64,000 nucleotides of DNA from Gemmatimonadaceae bacterium (GCA_051859245.1 JBHYGA010000004.1:480001-544000), one strand, 5' to 3'. Counted from the stretch's first letter, positions 9,747 through 19,535 are shown. A program made the numbers and translations. The notes: generated by a model not told the origin, from the letters alone.

Positions 9747-10653
9747 AAAGCATGTCGCTCGAATGCGCAGCAGAGTAGGCGGCACAACAATTTTGGGTTT
9801 AGGTCTGCCAGAGAGCGTTCAGCGGGAAATCGAGAGTTCGACTCCACACGAAGTGCATGTCAGAATAGCGGGCAGCATTCAGGAGCTCGTTTTCTTGGCG
9901 GCCAATACTCCCGCCCCTGTCTTGCTTTATGCGATTCCAGATCCCATGGATCAGCGAGGACTAGTCACGCCACAAAACGCAGACGACATTCACGCGGCGC
10001 TTCGCGGGCCTCTTCGCAAGTTTCCGGCGGTCGCGGCGTGCTACATAACGAGCCCATTAAGCAATGCGGCGCAGTTTCGTGGGCTCGAGCACGTGCAATT
10101 GGTGGTGATGCATCCATCGGGCGCAGTCGACCCGCTTTGGCGCGCACTACAGAAAGCACTTCTCTCAAGCATCGCAAGCGAACTCCTTGACTCAGTTCGC
10201 GGCGTGAGATCCGCTCTTATTCGACGCGTGATGGCGTGCACACTGAGTCGCGTTGATGAGGACCTGGACATACCAAAAATCGCGCGCATTTTGTTCATGC
10301 ACGAACGAACGTTGCGTCGTCGACTTCGCGCCGAAGCCTCGGATGTCACTGCGAGAGAACTCGTTGTGTGGTCGCGGTTGCTCTTTGCGGCCTGGCACCT
10401 GCGCCAAGAACGGTGGTCAATTCTCGACGTCGCGAACGCGCTCGATTTTTCGGCAGCGTCCAATCTTCACCGCCAAATGCGCAGGTACACGGGATTTACA
10501 CTAAGAGCACTAAGATCGTCGGATCCCGTCGCGAAGGTCGCGAGTTCGTTCGTAGCTGCAGTAAATGATCGCTGCAACAACGGCCATCAAGAGGGACTGG
10601 GAGATTCCGCCCTACTCAGTGGACCCACTTCCTCACGGTATTCAACTATCTGA
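9727..10653 (+). CDS. AraC/XylS-type helix-turn-helix regulator
   Basis: IARILFMHERTLRRRL and SILDVANALDFSAASNLHRQMRRYTG double HTH; start uncertain. Confidence 0.8.
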   Translation: MQMTPSRKHVARMRSRVGGTTILGLGLPESVQREIESSTPHEVHVRIAGSIQELVFLAANTPAPVLLYAIPDPMDQRGLVTPQNADDIHAALRGPLRKFPAVAACYITSPLSNAAQFRGLEHVQLVVMHPSGAVDPLWRALQKALLSSIASELLDSVRGVRSALIRRVMACTLSRVDEDLDIPKIARILFMHERTLRRRLRAEASDVTARELVVWSRLLFAAWHLRQERWSILDVANALDFSAASNLHRQMRRYTGFTLRALRSSDPVAKVASSFVAAVNDRCNNGHQEGLGDSALLSGPTSSRYSTI

Positions 10654-10746
10654 TTGCGCTGTCGAGACCTCGGTCAACAAGCTGTGACTGTGAATGACCG
10701 GCATCGGTGTTCACCAGGCTGTCTGTTCCAGAGGCAAGGGCACCGC

Positions 10747-11199
10747 CTAGTGCAACACCCGCGCAAACCGTGGCCGGTCGTCCATGAGCGACTCGCCGAG
10801 CACCACCGCGTGCCCCGTGGCGCTCACCAGCGACGTGGGACGGCCGCGGTGGTCTTCCGTGGCGGGATCCACCAGCTCGACCACAATCACCCCGCGCCCG
10901 CTGAGCTCCTGCGCGAGCACCGAGATCGCCGCACCGCGGCGCACCCGCACCACCACCGGGGTGAACTGTTCAATCACCCGCATCGGTGTGGCGGAATCGG
11001 ACGTGGCAATCGCGACACGCACCATGGTGTTGCGCTTGAACTCCCTCGGCGAGACGTGCACTTCCACGGAGTCGTTCAACGACTCGGCCACCAGGGCGCG
11101 CGGCGTGGTGTGCGTTTCCTGATGCGCCGGCGTGCTGCGTGCTGATGACAACAACAGTGCACTGCCTGCGGCCAGGGCCACCATCAGTTGATGCGTCAC
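10747..11199 (-). CDS. Secreted hypothetical protein, copy 2
   Basis: Near-identical paralog of 4845-5297; GTG start at the equivalent position. Confidence 0.75.
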   Translation of the reverse strand: MTHQLMVALAAGSALLLSSARSTPAHQETHTTPRALVAESLNDSVEVHVSPREFKRNTMVRVAIATSDSATPMRVIEQFTPVVVRVRRGAAISVLAQELSGRGVIVVELVDPATEDHRGRPTSLVSATGHAVVLGESLMDDRPRFARVLH

Positions 11200-11430
11200 A
11201 ACAACTCCCGCGCTCAAGGGTAGAGAACGAACTGTCGCAAAATGCGAATCGGACCACTCACACAAGACGTGATGTTTCCTACGGTAGCGCCACAACACGG
11301 GTTTCCGCGAATGGGAGCAACTTTGCACTCACATGATTGACGACCCACGTTGTGGCATCCATGCTTTACACACGCGCGTGCGCGCGTGGCGAGCCCATCC
11401 ATTGCCGCGCACAGTACTCCACTCCGTAAA

Positions 11431-12384
11431 ATGACCGTCACTGCACACGACGCACCAAGCGAACAGCAACGCAACACACGCGCTCCACGCAGCGCGTGGC
11501 GTCGTGCGCAGCTGTACATGCGGGTGGTGTTGATCATGTGCATTGTCACCGCACCGGCGCTCATCACGCGACGCGATAACGGCGAGTGGCAGAAGCTCAC
11601 ACGGAATTCCGTACGCGGCGACGCTACACTGTCAAACGCATCACCGCTCCGTGCGGGTGATCTGCAGGTGCGCACTGCGCTCTATCTCGCCGCGCGTTCA
11701 CCGCACATGGATGAACTGTTGCCGGAAGGCGATGGTGGCACCGTGTTCGTTGATTCGCTTCCCGAATTGGGCGGACGCGCCTTTGTACGACGTGCGTCAA
11801 TCGTGATTGCGATGAATCACAGCTGGCAGCGCGGCATCGAATCCACGGAGATGCATGAGCGCGCACACTTGCTGCACGATCACGTTGGTGAACTGGCGGC
11901 GCGAATCATGGCTGCACTGCCGTCGCCACGCGCCGATGAATACGCCGCCACCAACAGCGGGGAACACTTCGCCGAAATGGCGAGCAGTGCGTGGGACCTG
12001 TTGCACGAGGGACGCGAAGAGCGCGTGGGCAAAACACCGCGCGAACGGCTGAACGCTCTTGAAGCGCGCGTGCCCGGCACCTCGGGATTTGTGCTCTACT
12101 ATCTGCGTCATCCCGCGTTCGCTCGGCAGTTCGATGCCGCATCGCTGCGCGCGGGCGCAGAAGCAAACATTTTGCCGCTGCGAAACGAGTGGGAAGGCAT
12201 CTGGGCGGAACTCGACGCGCGCAAACTGCCAGACGGCACGTTACAACGATGGCCCGTGCCTCGCATGAGTGAATGGGTTGGTCGACAGCAGACGATGCTG
12301 CGCTCACAAGGTGGTCCACTCAATCACGCCATCGCGATCAGCTTCTGGCCGAGTGCGGTGGTGTTGAAACTGCTGGGTAACTGA
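11431..12384 (+). CDS. Membrane-anchored zincin-like metallopeptidase
   Basis: HERAH (HExxH) followed by YAATNSGEHFAE, resembling MtfA/M90-type peptidases; N-terminal TM. Confidence 0.6.
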   Translation: MTVTAHDAPSEQQRNTRAPRSAWRRAQLYMRVVLIMCIVTAPALITRRDNGEWQKLTRNSVRGDATLSNASPLRAGDLQVRTALYLAARSPHMDELLPEGDGGTVFVDSLPELGGRAFVRRASIVIAMNHSWQRGIESTEMHERAHLLHDHVGELAARIMAALPSPRADEYAATNSGEHFAEMASSAWDLLHEGREERVGKTPRERLNALEARVPGTSGFVLYYLRHPAFARQFDAASLRAGAEANILPLRNEWEGIWAELDARKLPDGTLQRWPVPRMSEWVGRQQTMLRSQGGPLNHAIAISFWPSAVVLKLLGN

Positions 12385-12392
12385 GGTGTGAT

Positions 12393-13904
12393 GTGAAAGG
12401 CTTCCAGTTGTTCGGCGCGTTGCTGCTCGCGATGTTGCCGGTGGTCGCGAGCGCACAAACCGTGAGCGGCACACTCGTGCGAACCGACGGCAGTGCCGCG
12501 TTCGGCATTCAGATTGTTGCGGTGGAGTCGAGTTCGCAGCGTGTCGTCAGTCGCACGATCACGGGTAGTTCGGGGCGGTTTCGCCTGAGTGTCTCGCCCT
12601 CGCCAGTGATATTGCGCGCCGTTCGTATTGGGCATCTGCCAGTAGAGCTCGCACGACTGCAGCTGCAAGACAGCGAACAGCGTGCCGTGCGTCTTGTGCT
12701 CACCGACAATCCTATTCCACTGCGGCAGTTTGTGACCAGCGTTTCGCGCCGCTGCGAGCAGAGCAACAGAGCCGCGCCCGAACTGGTTGAACTGTTTTCC
12801 GATGTGCGCACCGCGCTCACCGCGGTGCGCCTGTCGTCAGTGGACAGTGCGCCGTACGGGCAGGTTGCGCTCATACAGGAACTGCAGGACAGGCGCGGCG
12901 TACCGCTCGCCGAACCGTTTGTGCAACTGCTCACTGGCCCGAGCAAGCGACCGTTTCAGGCGATATCGGCACAACGGTTGCGCGCGGAAGGCTACCTCGT
13001 GCAGGAACGCGATAGTGTTGTGTACCACGTGCCCGACACCGATGTGCTGGCGTCTGATGAGTTTCTTGAAGATCACTGCTTTTCGCTGGTGCCCGGACCG
13101 GACGCACATCCGGAATGGATCGGCATTCGGTTTGCACCATCAAAGCCGGTGCGCGGAAAGGCCGGTATCAGAGGCACGTTCTGGGTGGAGCGCGAATCGC
13201 GTCTGCTGCAACAGCTCGACTTTCTGTACGATGGACTGCCGCGTGCGTTTGACACGTACGCGCTGGGCGGAAGTGTCGAGTTTTCGGTGTTGCCTGACGG
13301 TACGTGGTTTGAAAAGAAGTGGCACACGCGCATGGCGCGCACGACGGCGCGCTTGCGACCGGGCAGTCGATTTGCCGTGAGCGAGGTCTATGTAGACGGT
13401 TTGCAACGCGTTGGCGGCGAGGTGCTCACGCTGTCACGTGGCGAGCAGGTGCTGTACGTGGGCAATGAGCGACTCGCCGAGATGCTGGCCACACAGGCGT
13501 CAGCAGATGCTGACCCGCAGGCGGTGCATTATCTCAACGACGCCGAGATGTTCGCGTCTGTGTGTTCGGAGTACGTGAACAGCACACCACGAACGTCGCT
13601 CATTTCGGGCACGGTATTCGACGGACGCCGCGAGCGCGTGGTGGGCGCGACGGTGCACGCCGTATGGAGCACGTGGCGACGGGTTGTGAACGACGTGGAG
13701 CAGTGGACCGATCACACGCTCGATGTCCGTTCCGGGACCAATGGTTTCTACCGCCTCTGTGGGGCGCACCGCGATGTGAAGATGTCGCTGTGGGCCGCCG
13801 TGGACCTCCGGGAGTCGGCCACGGTACAACTCAGGATTCCTGTGAACGTGGATCGGGTGCGCGTAGACTTGACGGTTCCAGACGGCCCGGAGGGTAGGAA
13901 CTGA
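12393..13904 (+). CDS. Secreted carboxypeptidase-regulatory-like domain protein
   Basis: Signal peptide, AQTVSGT Ig-like N-domain, PDTDVLASDEFLEDHCF core, second Ig-like domain with GFYRLC. Confidence 0.75.
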   Translation: MKGFQLFGALLLAMLPVVASAQTVSGTLVRTDGSAAFGIQIVAVESSSQRVVSRTITGSSGRFRLSVSPSPVILRAVRIGHLPVELARLQLQDSEQRAVRLVLTDNPIPLRQFVTSVSRRCEQSNRAAPELVELFSDVRTALTAVRLSSVDSAPYGQVALIQELQDRRGVPLAEPFVQLLTGPSKRPFQAISAQRLRAEGYLVQERDSVVYHVPDTDVLASDEFLEDHCFSLVPGPDAHPEWIGIRFAPSKPVRGKAGIRGTFWVERESRLLQQLDFLYDGLPRAFDTYALGGSVEFSVLPDGTWFEKKWHTRMARTTARLRPGSRFAVSEVYVDGLQRVGGEVLTLSRGEQVLYVGNERLAEMLATQASADADPQAVHYLNDAEMFASVCSEYVNSTPRTSLISGTVFDGRRERVVGATVHAVWSTWRRVVNDVEQWTDHTLDVRSGTNGFYRLCGAHRDVKMSLWAAVDLRESATVQLRIPVNVDRVRVDLTVPDGPEGRN

Positions 13905-14434
13905 TGCGAATGGCAACACTCTCGGCGGCGTTCGTGGCGTTGGCATACACCGCGTTGCCGGCGCAGTCAGCTGGGGCGCAACAGGTGGGCAACACGGAAA
14001 CGATCTGTGCCCTCAAAAGCGGCCCAAGGGCCGGCGAGCGCATGCGGCTTCGCGGCAGCTCGGCGTCGCTGCCAATCGGATCGCCGTGCGGCGACGGTGA
14101 AGGTAGCACCGGCGTGGTGGTGGCCAAGGATGCCATTTCCGATGGGCCGGGCTCGAACGCAACCCGAACCGTGCATCGCACGTGTCTGATTGACTACGGG
14201 CCGCGCGCTGGGCAGCGCGTGAGCGGTGTCACGCCGGCACGATTGGGCGCACCGTGCCGCCTTCGCGACGGCAGCACCGGCGTCATCGTGGAAGACCCGC
14301 CCCGACCAACCAGAGAAAACCCGCCGCTCGGCGGCATTCCGGTTACCCCGGGACGCCCGAACCCGCAGGTACGTCCTCCGGCCAATGCTCCCCGTACAAC
14401 TCCGGTCCGCATGAGCCACAAATGCTGTGGCTGA
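13904..14434 (+). CDS. Secreted protein with two Cys-containing internal repeats
   Basis: Signal peptide; C-x4-GPRAG...G-x-PC...GSTGV repeated twice; Pro-rich tail. Confidence 0.65.
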   Translation: MRMATLSAAFVALAYTALPAQSAGAQQVGNTETICALKSGPRAGERMRLRGSSASLPIGSPCGDGEGSTGVVVAKDAISDGPGSNATRTVHRTCLIDYGPRAGQRVSGVTPARLGAPCRLRDGSTGVIVEDPPRPTRENPPLGGIPVTPGRPNPQVRPPANAPRTTPVRMSHKCCG

Positions 14435-15998
14435 AGCTCGCTTCTGAGCGACTGCCAATGTACGTCTCCACGGCTTCCCAGTAGCCCTGATCGTCTCGCA
14501 CTTTTTTGCAGTGCGCGCAAATCGGAATAAGACCGGTCAGCGTGCGTACTTCGGACAGTGCGTTGCGCAACTCGCCGTTGGCTGATTCAAGCTCGCGGTT
14601 CGTGCGCGCGAGCAACGCTTCGCGCTCTCGTCCTTTGCGGTTGTAGTGCGCCAGCATGCCGAGCACGGCAACGGCGGAAATGAGCGACACAGCGCCCAGC
14701 GCTACCACGAGTCGACCGCGCGCAATCACAGCCGACTGCACACGCTGCTCCGCTCGCAACCGCGCATTTTCCTTCTGTTCACGTTCCGTTTCGGCCCGTG
14801 CCTCGGTGGCGGCAATGCGCTGCGCGGTGGATTGATCAAAGATCGTATCACGCAACGCCTGATTCGCGCGCAAGTGCATGAGCGCGGCCTTGGAGTTGCC
14901 GGCACGTTCTTCGAGATCGGCCAGGCGTGCGAGTGCATCAATCGTGAGGACACGTTGCGCCACGCTGCGCGAGAAGGCCACGGATTTTGTGAGTGCATCA
15001 ATACCGCGGTCACGATCGCCGAGCACACCGTAGGCTTCGCCGAGGTACAGCAGTGAACGGGCCTGACCACGTACGCTGCCGCGATCGGCGGCCACGCGAT
15101 ACACCGATTCGAGCAACGGCAGGGCCTGCGCGGCGCGTCCGTTTCGCACGTACAACAAGCCTTGCGACACGGTATTGAGTGACCACGCACTCGTGGAGTC
15201 AGTGCGCGTCATGATCGAGTCGGCACTGTTGTACGTGGCGATCGACTGATCGATGTACTGCTGTGCGGTGTTAAAGTCGCCCATGTCAATGTGCAACATG
15301 GCGAGGGCGTTCAACGCATAACCTTCCGCGATCGGCTGCTTGTGTTCGCGCGCCGCGTCGACGGCTTGTTTGAGCAGCGGCTTGGCGCGTTCAAACTGAT
15401 GCCAGTCGTGATAGGTCTTGCCAATGTTTGTGAGCACGACCGAGACGCCCGTCTGCCCCGCTTCCTCTCGCCGAAGCGTCAGCGCTTGCATGAACGCATC
15501 AATTGCCGGTTCGTAGTACCCAAGTTGGTAGTACGACGAACCGAGACTGTTGAGCACGCGTGCGAGTCGCTCCACATCGCCGATGGCTTTGCTGGCATCG
15601 CGCGCGTGTCCAAGATGCGTGAGTGCGCTGTCGTAGCGATTGGCCATCCAGTGCAGCAAGCCGAGATTGTTGTGCGCCGCGCTCATGGTCGGCAAATCCT
15701 GAGCCCGATCAGCGAACTGAATGGCGCGACGGTAGTTCTCCAGCGACTCGTTCACGAGGCCCGCGTCTTCCTGCATTTCGGCGAGCGCGCGGTACGCCTG
15801 CCCGAGCGGCTTCGCGTTGCCGCCGCCGATGAGCGAATCGATAGTGTGCGAAAGTGCGCGCACGGCCGCCGAATCGATGGGCTTTTGTGCATGCGTGACG
15901 GTGGCGTTCGCGAACATGGCGAAGGCGAGCGCGAGCAAGCAGCGGCTGATCACGTGGCGGGGCAAATGCAGGGAAGGAAGCACAGATGAGGTCGACAT
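14343..15998 (-). CDS. Periplasmic TPR sensor with TM helix and C-terminal Cys/His zinc-ribbon-like domain
   Basis: Signal, TPR repeats (NNLGLLH, NSLGSSY, TNIGKTY), TM, coiled coil, LIPICAHCKKVRDD...SHSICGSC. Confidence 0.8.
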   Translation of the reverse strand: MSTSSVLPSLHLPRHVISRCLLALAFAMFANATVTHAQKPIDSAAVRALSHTIDSLIGGGNAKPLGQAYRALAEMQEDAGLVNESLENYRRAIQFADRAQDLPTMSAAHNNLGLLHWMANRYDSALTHLGHARDASKAIGDVERLARVLNSLGSSYYQLGYYEPAIDAFMQALTLRREEAGQTGVSVVLTNIGKTYHDWHQFERAKPLLKQAVDAAREHKQPIAEGYALNALAMLHIDMGDFNTAQQYIDQSIATYNSADSIMTRTDSTSAWSLNTVSQGLLYVRNGRAAQALPLLESVYRVAADRGSVRGQARSLLYLGEAYGVLGDRDRGIDALTKSVAFSRSVAQRVLTIDALARLADLEERAGNSKAALMHLRANQALRDTIFDQSTAQRIAATEARAETEREQKENARLRAEQRVQSAVIARGRLVVALGAVSLISAVAVLGMLAHYNRKGREREALLARTNRELESANGELRNALSEVRTLTGLIPICAHCKKVRDDQGYWEAVETYIGSRSEASFSHSICGSCGPELYGEHWPEDVPAGSGVPG

Positions 15999-16073
15999 GG
16001 GAGCGACAAGCTAACCAGAGTATCGGCAGCTCGGTGTATTGCTACAGGTCCTTTGGCAGTGCAGGCTTAGCGT

Positions 16074-16679
16074 ATGACAGCTGAATCATTGTGGACCAGT
16101 AGAGACGACGCGCCGTGGCAATCGGCACTGTCGCGGTATAGCGCCACCATCGCGTCTCAAGGAGTGGCGTCGCTCGCCGAACACGATCGCTGGTACCACC
16201 ACGAACTGCCGTTGGCGCTGCAGTCGCGCACACCGTCGTACGCGACGCACGAAGAACTGGTGCGCCTGACGGAGTGGAAGATGGCGCGCGGTGTGTGGCG
16301 CGCGCGCAATCTCGTATTGGTGCGCGGGAATAACGCCGAGCTGGTACAGGCGGTCACGCGGGACGCGTTTGCGTTGGTGCCGCACGAGAGTGCACCAATC
16401 GCGAAGGTGGCCGAACTGGCGGGTGTTGGGCCGGCCACGGCGTCGGCACTCCTGGCGGCGTATGCGCCCGCCCTCTATCCGTTTTTCGACGAACTCGTGG
16501 CGCACCAGATTCCGACACTCGGCCCGGTCGCGTTCACGCCGGCGTACTACAAACGGTATGCGCAGGCGATTCGGGAGCGGGCCGTCGAACTCGGTGGGGA
16601 CTGGACTCCTGCGCGCGTGGAGCGGGCGTTGTGGTCGTACGTTGGGGGCAAGGCGGGCGTCGCCACCAACAACAGTTAG
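16074..16679 (+). CDS. HhH-motif protein, DNA glycosylase-like
   Basis: LAGVGPATASALL helix-hairpin-helix; ELVRLTEWKMARG; VERALW. Confidence 0.65.
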   Translation: MTAESLWTSRDDAPWQSALSRYSATIASQGVASLAEHDRWYHHELPLALQSRTPSYATHEELVRLTEWKMARGVWRARNLVLVRGNNAELVQAVTRDAFALVPHESAPIAKVAELAGVGPATASALLAAYAPALYPFFDELVAHQIPTLGPVAFTPAYYKRYAQAIRERAVELGGDWTPARVERALWSYVGGKAGVATNNS

Positions 16680-17020
16680 CTCGGCCGCCCGCTTCTGGGG
16701 TCGTCGTCGCGCGGCCCATGACCCTCGGGTGGCGCGGCCCGCTTTTCCGTCAGCACCTTCGTGAGAAACCGCTGCCCCTCGGCCAGCCGTTCCACCTCGC
16801 GCGCCATGTCTTCCATGGTATCACGCATGGCATCGGCGTCAGGGTCAAGTGGCTCAAGGGGCGCATACGGCATTCCCGTGCCACGTGGGTACAACGTGTT
16901 GGGATTGATGCCGCGCTCGATGAGGCGACGCGTCCACTGGGCGCGCTCCTGCAGTCGCCCGTACCATGCGCCCGTCATGGCGCAGCCGGCGAGCATCGCA
17001 ACGATCAGGATGAGCAGCAT
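16676..17020 (-). CDS. Small single-TM hypothetical protein
   Basis: N-terminal TM; EVERLAEGQRFLTKVL coiled segment. Confidence 0.65.
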   Translation of the reverse strand: MLLILIVAMLAGCAMTGAWYGRLQERAQWTRRLIERGINPNTLYPRGTGMPYAPLEPLDPDADAMRDTMEDMAREVERLAEGQRFLTKVLTEKRAAPPEGHGPRDDDPRSGRPS

Positions 17021-17088
17021 GTATCAGTGCGAGGGAGAAGGACGACCTCTTCACGATAGCCAATCGCGGAAGCGAACAGGTAGCAGAT

Positions 17089-19515
17089 GTGCAAAATGAC
17101 ACAAGGCTGGTATTGATGGTGGCTTATCATTATCCTTACCGGATGACGCGTTTTCGCTCTTTCGTGCGCTTCCTCGCGATCGGCCTCGCCACCGCGCTGC
17201 TCGTCTCGCCGTTGTCGGCGAACGCGGCGCAGGCGCAGGGCGCTCGGCATTTGCACGGCGTGCTGGAAGACTCAGCGTCCGGCCAGCCGCTGCGCAGCGC
17301 GGAGGTTTCGGTGGAGTGGGGCGCCGCGCCTGGTGTGGTGCGACGCGCACGCAGCGATACGCACGGCCACTTCGATTTTCGCGACCTGCCGGCCCAGCGA
17401 GTGCTCGTGCGGGTTCGGCTGCTGGGTTATTCGCCGGTACAGCGTACCGTGGATCTGAGCGCCGATGATGTGCTCGTCAAGCTGGTGATGAGCCAGAGCA
17501 CCGTGATGCTCAATCAGGTGGCGATCACCGCGGATACACTCGTTGACGCGCTCGAACGCGTGGCCGCCATTACCACGCTCGACGCGCGCGCGCTCGACGC
17601 AACACGCGGCCAAACGCTTGGCGAAACGATCAAGAACCTGCCCGGTGTGTCGGTGATTCAGTTGGGGCCAAGCATTGCAAAGCCGGTGATTCGTGGACTG
17701 AACTCGCAGCGTGTGCTCGTGTTGAACGCCGGCCTGCGACAGGAAGATCAACAGTGGGGCACGGAGCACGCGCCCAATCTCGACAGCTTTGACGCGGATG
17801 CTGTGAGTGTGGTGCGCGGTGCGGCCACCGTGTTGTACGGCCCCGACGCACTTGGTGGCGTGGTGCGTGTGGATCACGCGAACGTTCCCGATTCCGGACG
17901 CATGCGTGGTGATGTGGCGATCAACGGGTTCACCAACAGTCGGCAGGGTGCGATGTCGATTGGCGTGCAAGGTGGCGGACTCATGTTGCCGCTCGTGGGT
18001 CGCACGGGCTATCGCGTACGCTTGACATCGCGCGTGGCAGGCAACGGTGCGGCGCCCGACTATTTCCTGTCAAACACCGGCTTTCGCGAACTCAACGGCA
18101 GCGCCACGCTTGGTGTGCAGCGCAACTGGGGTACGAGCGAACTGTTGATCAGTCGTTTTGCCACCGAGCTCGGTGTGTTGCGTCAGGCGCACGCGGGAAG
18201 CTTTGAAGACTTGCAGCGCGCGATGACTACGCCGCCAACGGACTCTGCGTTTTCATACGACATTGGCAGTCCGAATCAGCGTGTTGAACATACCACCGCG
18301 CGGTGGCGCAATACGTTCACCATGCGCGATGCGAGTGAGCTCGAAGTGGTGTACGGTTTTCAGTACAATCATCGACGAGAGTATGACGGACATGGGCCAC
18401 TGCGCTTTCAGAATGTGCCCGCGTTCAACCTGAAGCTGTTTACGAACTCGCTCGATGTGCGGTGGCGACACAGTACCTGGAACGGCTTGTTCGGCACGAT
18501 TGGTGCGAGCGCGATGATTCAAGGCAATCAGACGCTGGGCAAAGCGTTCCTGATTCCCGGCTTTGATCTGCAGCAGGGTGCGTTGTACGCGCAGGAAGAG
18601 TGGAGCGCTGGTCGCTTTTCCATTACGGGCGGCGCGCGCGCAGACATTTTTTCGCAGACCACGCTCGCGTTCGCTGATGCGGGTATTCGCAGCCCGGCGG
18701 GCACAAAATCCTGGACCGGATTTTCCGGTTCACTTGGCACCGCGTATCAGCTTGGTGACGGATGGAATGCCTCGCTGCGTGTGGCGCGCGCGTGGCGTCC
18801 GCCCACGGTGAACGAGCGATACGCGCAGGGTGTGCACCACGGCACCGCGCAGTACGAACTGGGTGATGCCACGCTCGTTGCGGAACGTTCGCTCGGTGTG
18901 GAATCGGGTTTGCGATACGCGGGGCGTGCGCTATCGCTCGATCTCGCCGCGTACTACAACACGATTTCGGATTTCATCTATCTGCAGCCGCGTGATCCGG
19001 TATTCACGTTGCGCGGCGCGTTTCCGGCGTACAACTACGCGCAGGCCGATGCACGGTTGCGCGGGGTGGAACTGGCGGGGACGTGGAGTGCGCGCGAGTG
19101 GCTGGAACTGCAGAGCACGGTGAATGTGGTGCGTGGTGTCAACCGCGAAACGGATCAGCCGCTATTCGATATGCCGGCGGATCGTGCGCTGCTGCAAGCG
19201 CGCATTGTGGGACAGCATGCACAGCTTGGCTCGTGGCACGCCGGGCTGGGTACGCTGCTGGTACGCAAGCAGGACGGTGTGCCTGAGGGCACGGTGTACA
19301 CGTTGCCCACGAATGGGTACGCGCTGATGAATGCAGAACTCGGAACAACGGGTCTGCGTGTCATGGGGCGTGCCATTGATGTGTCGATGTCCATGAACAA
19401 CGCACTCGACACACGGTTTCGCGACTACCTGAGTCGCTATCGGTTGTTCGTCAACGATGCCGGACGGGATGTCGTGCTGCGTGTGCGTATTCCGTTCAGC
19501 AATCAATCCCTGTAA
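17089..19515 (+). CDS. TonB-dependent receptor
   Basis: Signal, N-terminal Ig-like domain, plug (KPVIRG, VVRGAATVLYGPDALGG), beta-barrel, RIPF near C-terminus; true start may be 17143. Confidence 0.93.
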   Translation: MQNDTRLVLMVAYHYPYRMTRFRSFVRFLAIGLATALLVSPLSANAAQAQGARHLHGVLEDSASGQPLRSAEVSVEWGAAPGVVRRARSDTHGHFDFRDLPAQRVLVRVRLLGYSPVQRTVDLSADDVLVKLVMSQSTVMLNQVAITADTLVDALERVAAITTLDARALDATRGQTLGETIKNLPGVSVIQLGPSIAKPVIRGLNSQRVLVLNAGLRQEDQQWGTEHAPNLDSFDADAVSVVRGAATVLYGPDALGGVVRVDHANVPDSGRMRGDVAINGFTNSRQGAMSIGVQGGGLMLPLVGRTGYRVRLTSRVAGNGAAPDYFLSNTGFRELNGSATLGVQRNWGTSELLISRFATELGVLRQAHAGSFEDLQRAMTTPPTDSAFSYDIGSPNQRVEHTTARWRNTFTMRDASELEVVYGFQYNHRREYDGHGPLRFQNVPAFNLKLFTNSLDVRWRHSTWNGLFGTIGASAMIQGNQTLGKAFLIPGFDLQQGALYAQEEWSAGRFSITGGARADIFSQTTLAFADAGIRSPAGTKSWTGFSGSLGTAYQLGDGWNASLRVARAWRPPTVNERYAQGVHHGTAQYELGDATLVAERSLGVESGLRYAGRALSLDLAAYYNTISDFIYLQPRDPVFTLRGAFPAYNYAQADARLRGVELAGTWSAREWLELQSTVNVVRGVNRETDQPLFDMPADRALLQARIVGQHAQLGSWHAGLGTLLVRKQDGVPEGTVYTLPTNGYALMNAELGTTGLRVMGRAIDVSMSMNNALDTRFRDYLSRYRLFVNDAGRDVVLRVRIPFSNQSL

Positions 19516-19535
19516 CACGAAGGAGCAACACAGCA

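Noticed and set aside
19510..19525. TAAC at the TonB receptor stop as an attC arm
   Set aside because: The next gene starts 20 nt later with an RBS; chance match, which shows how weak this motif is alone
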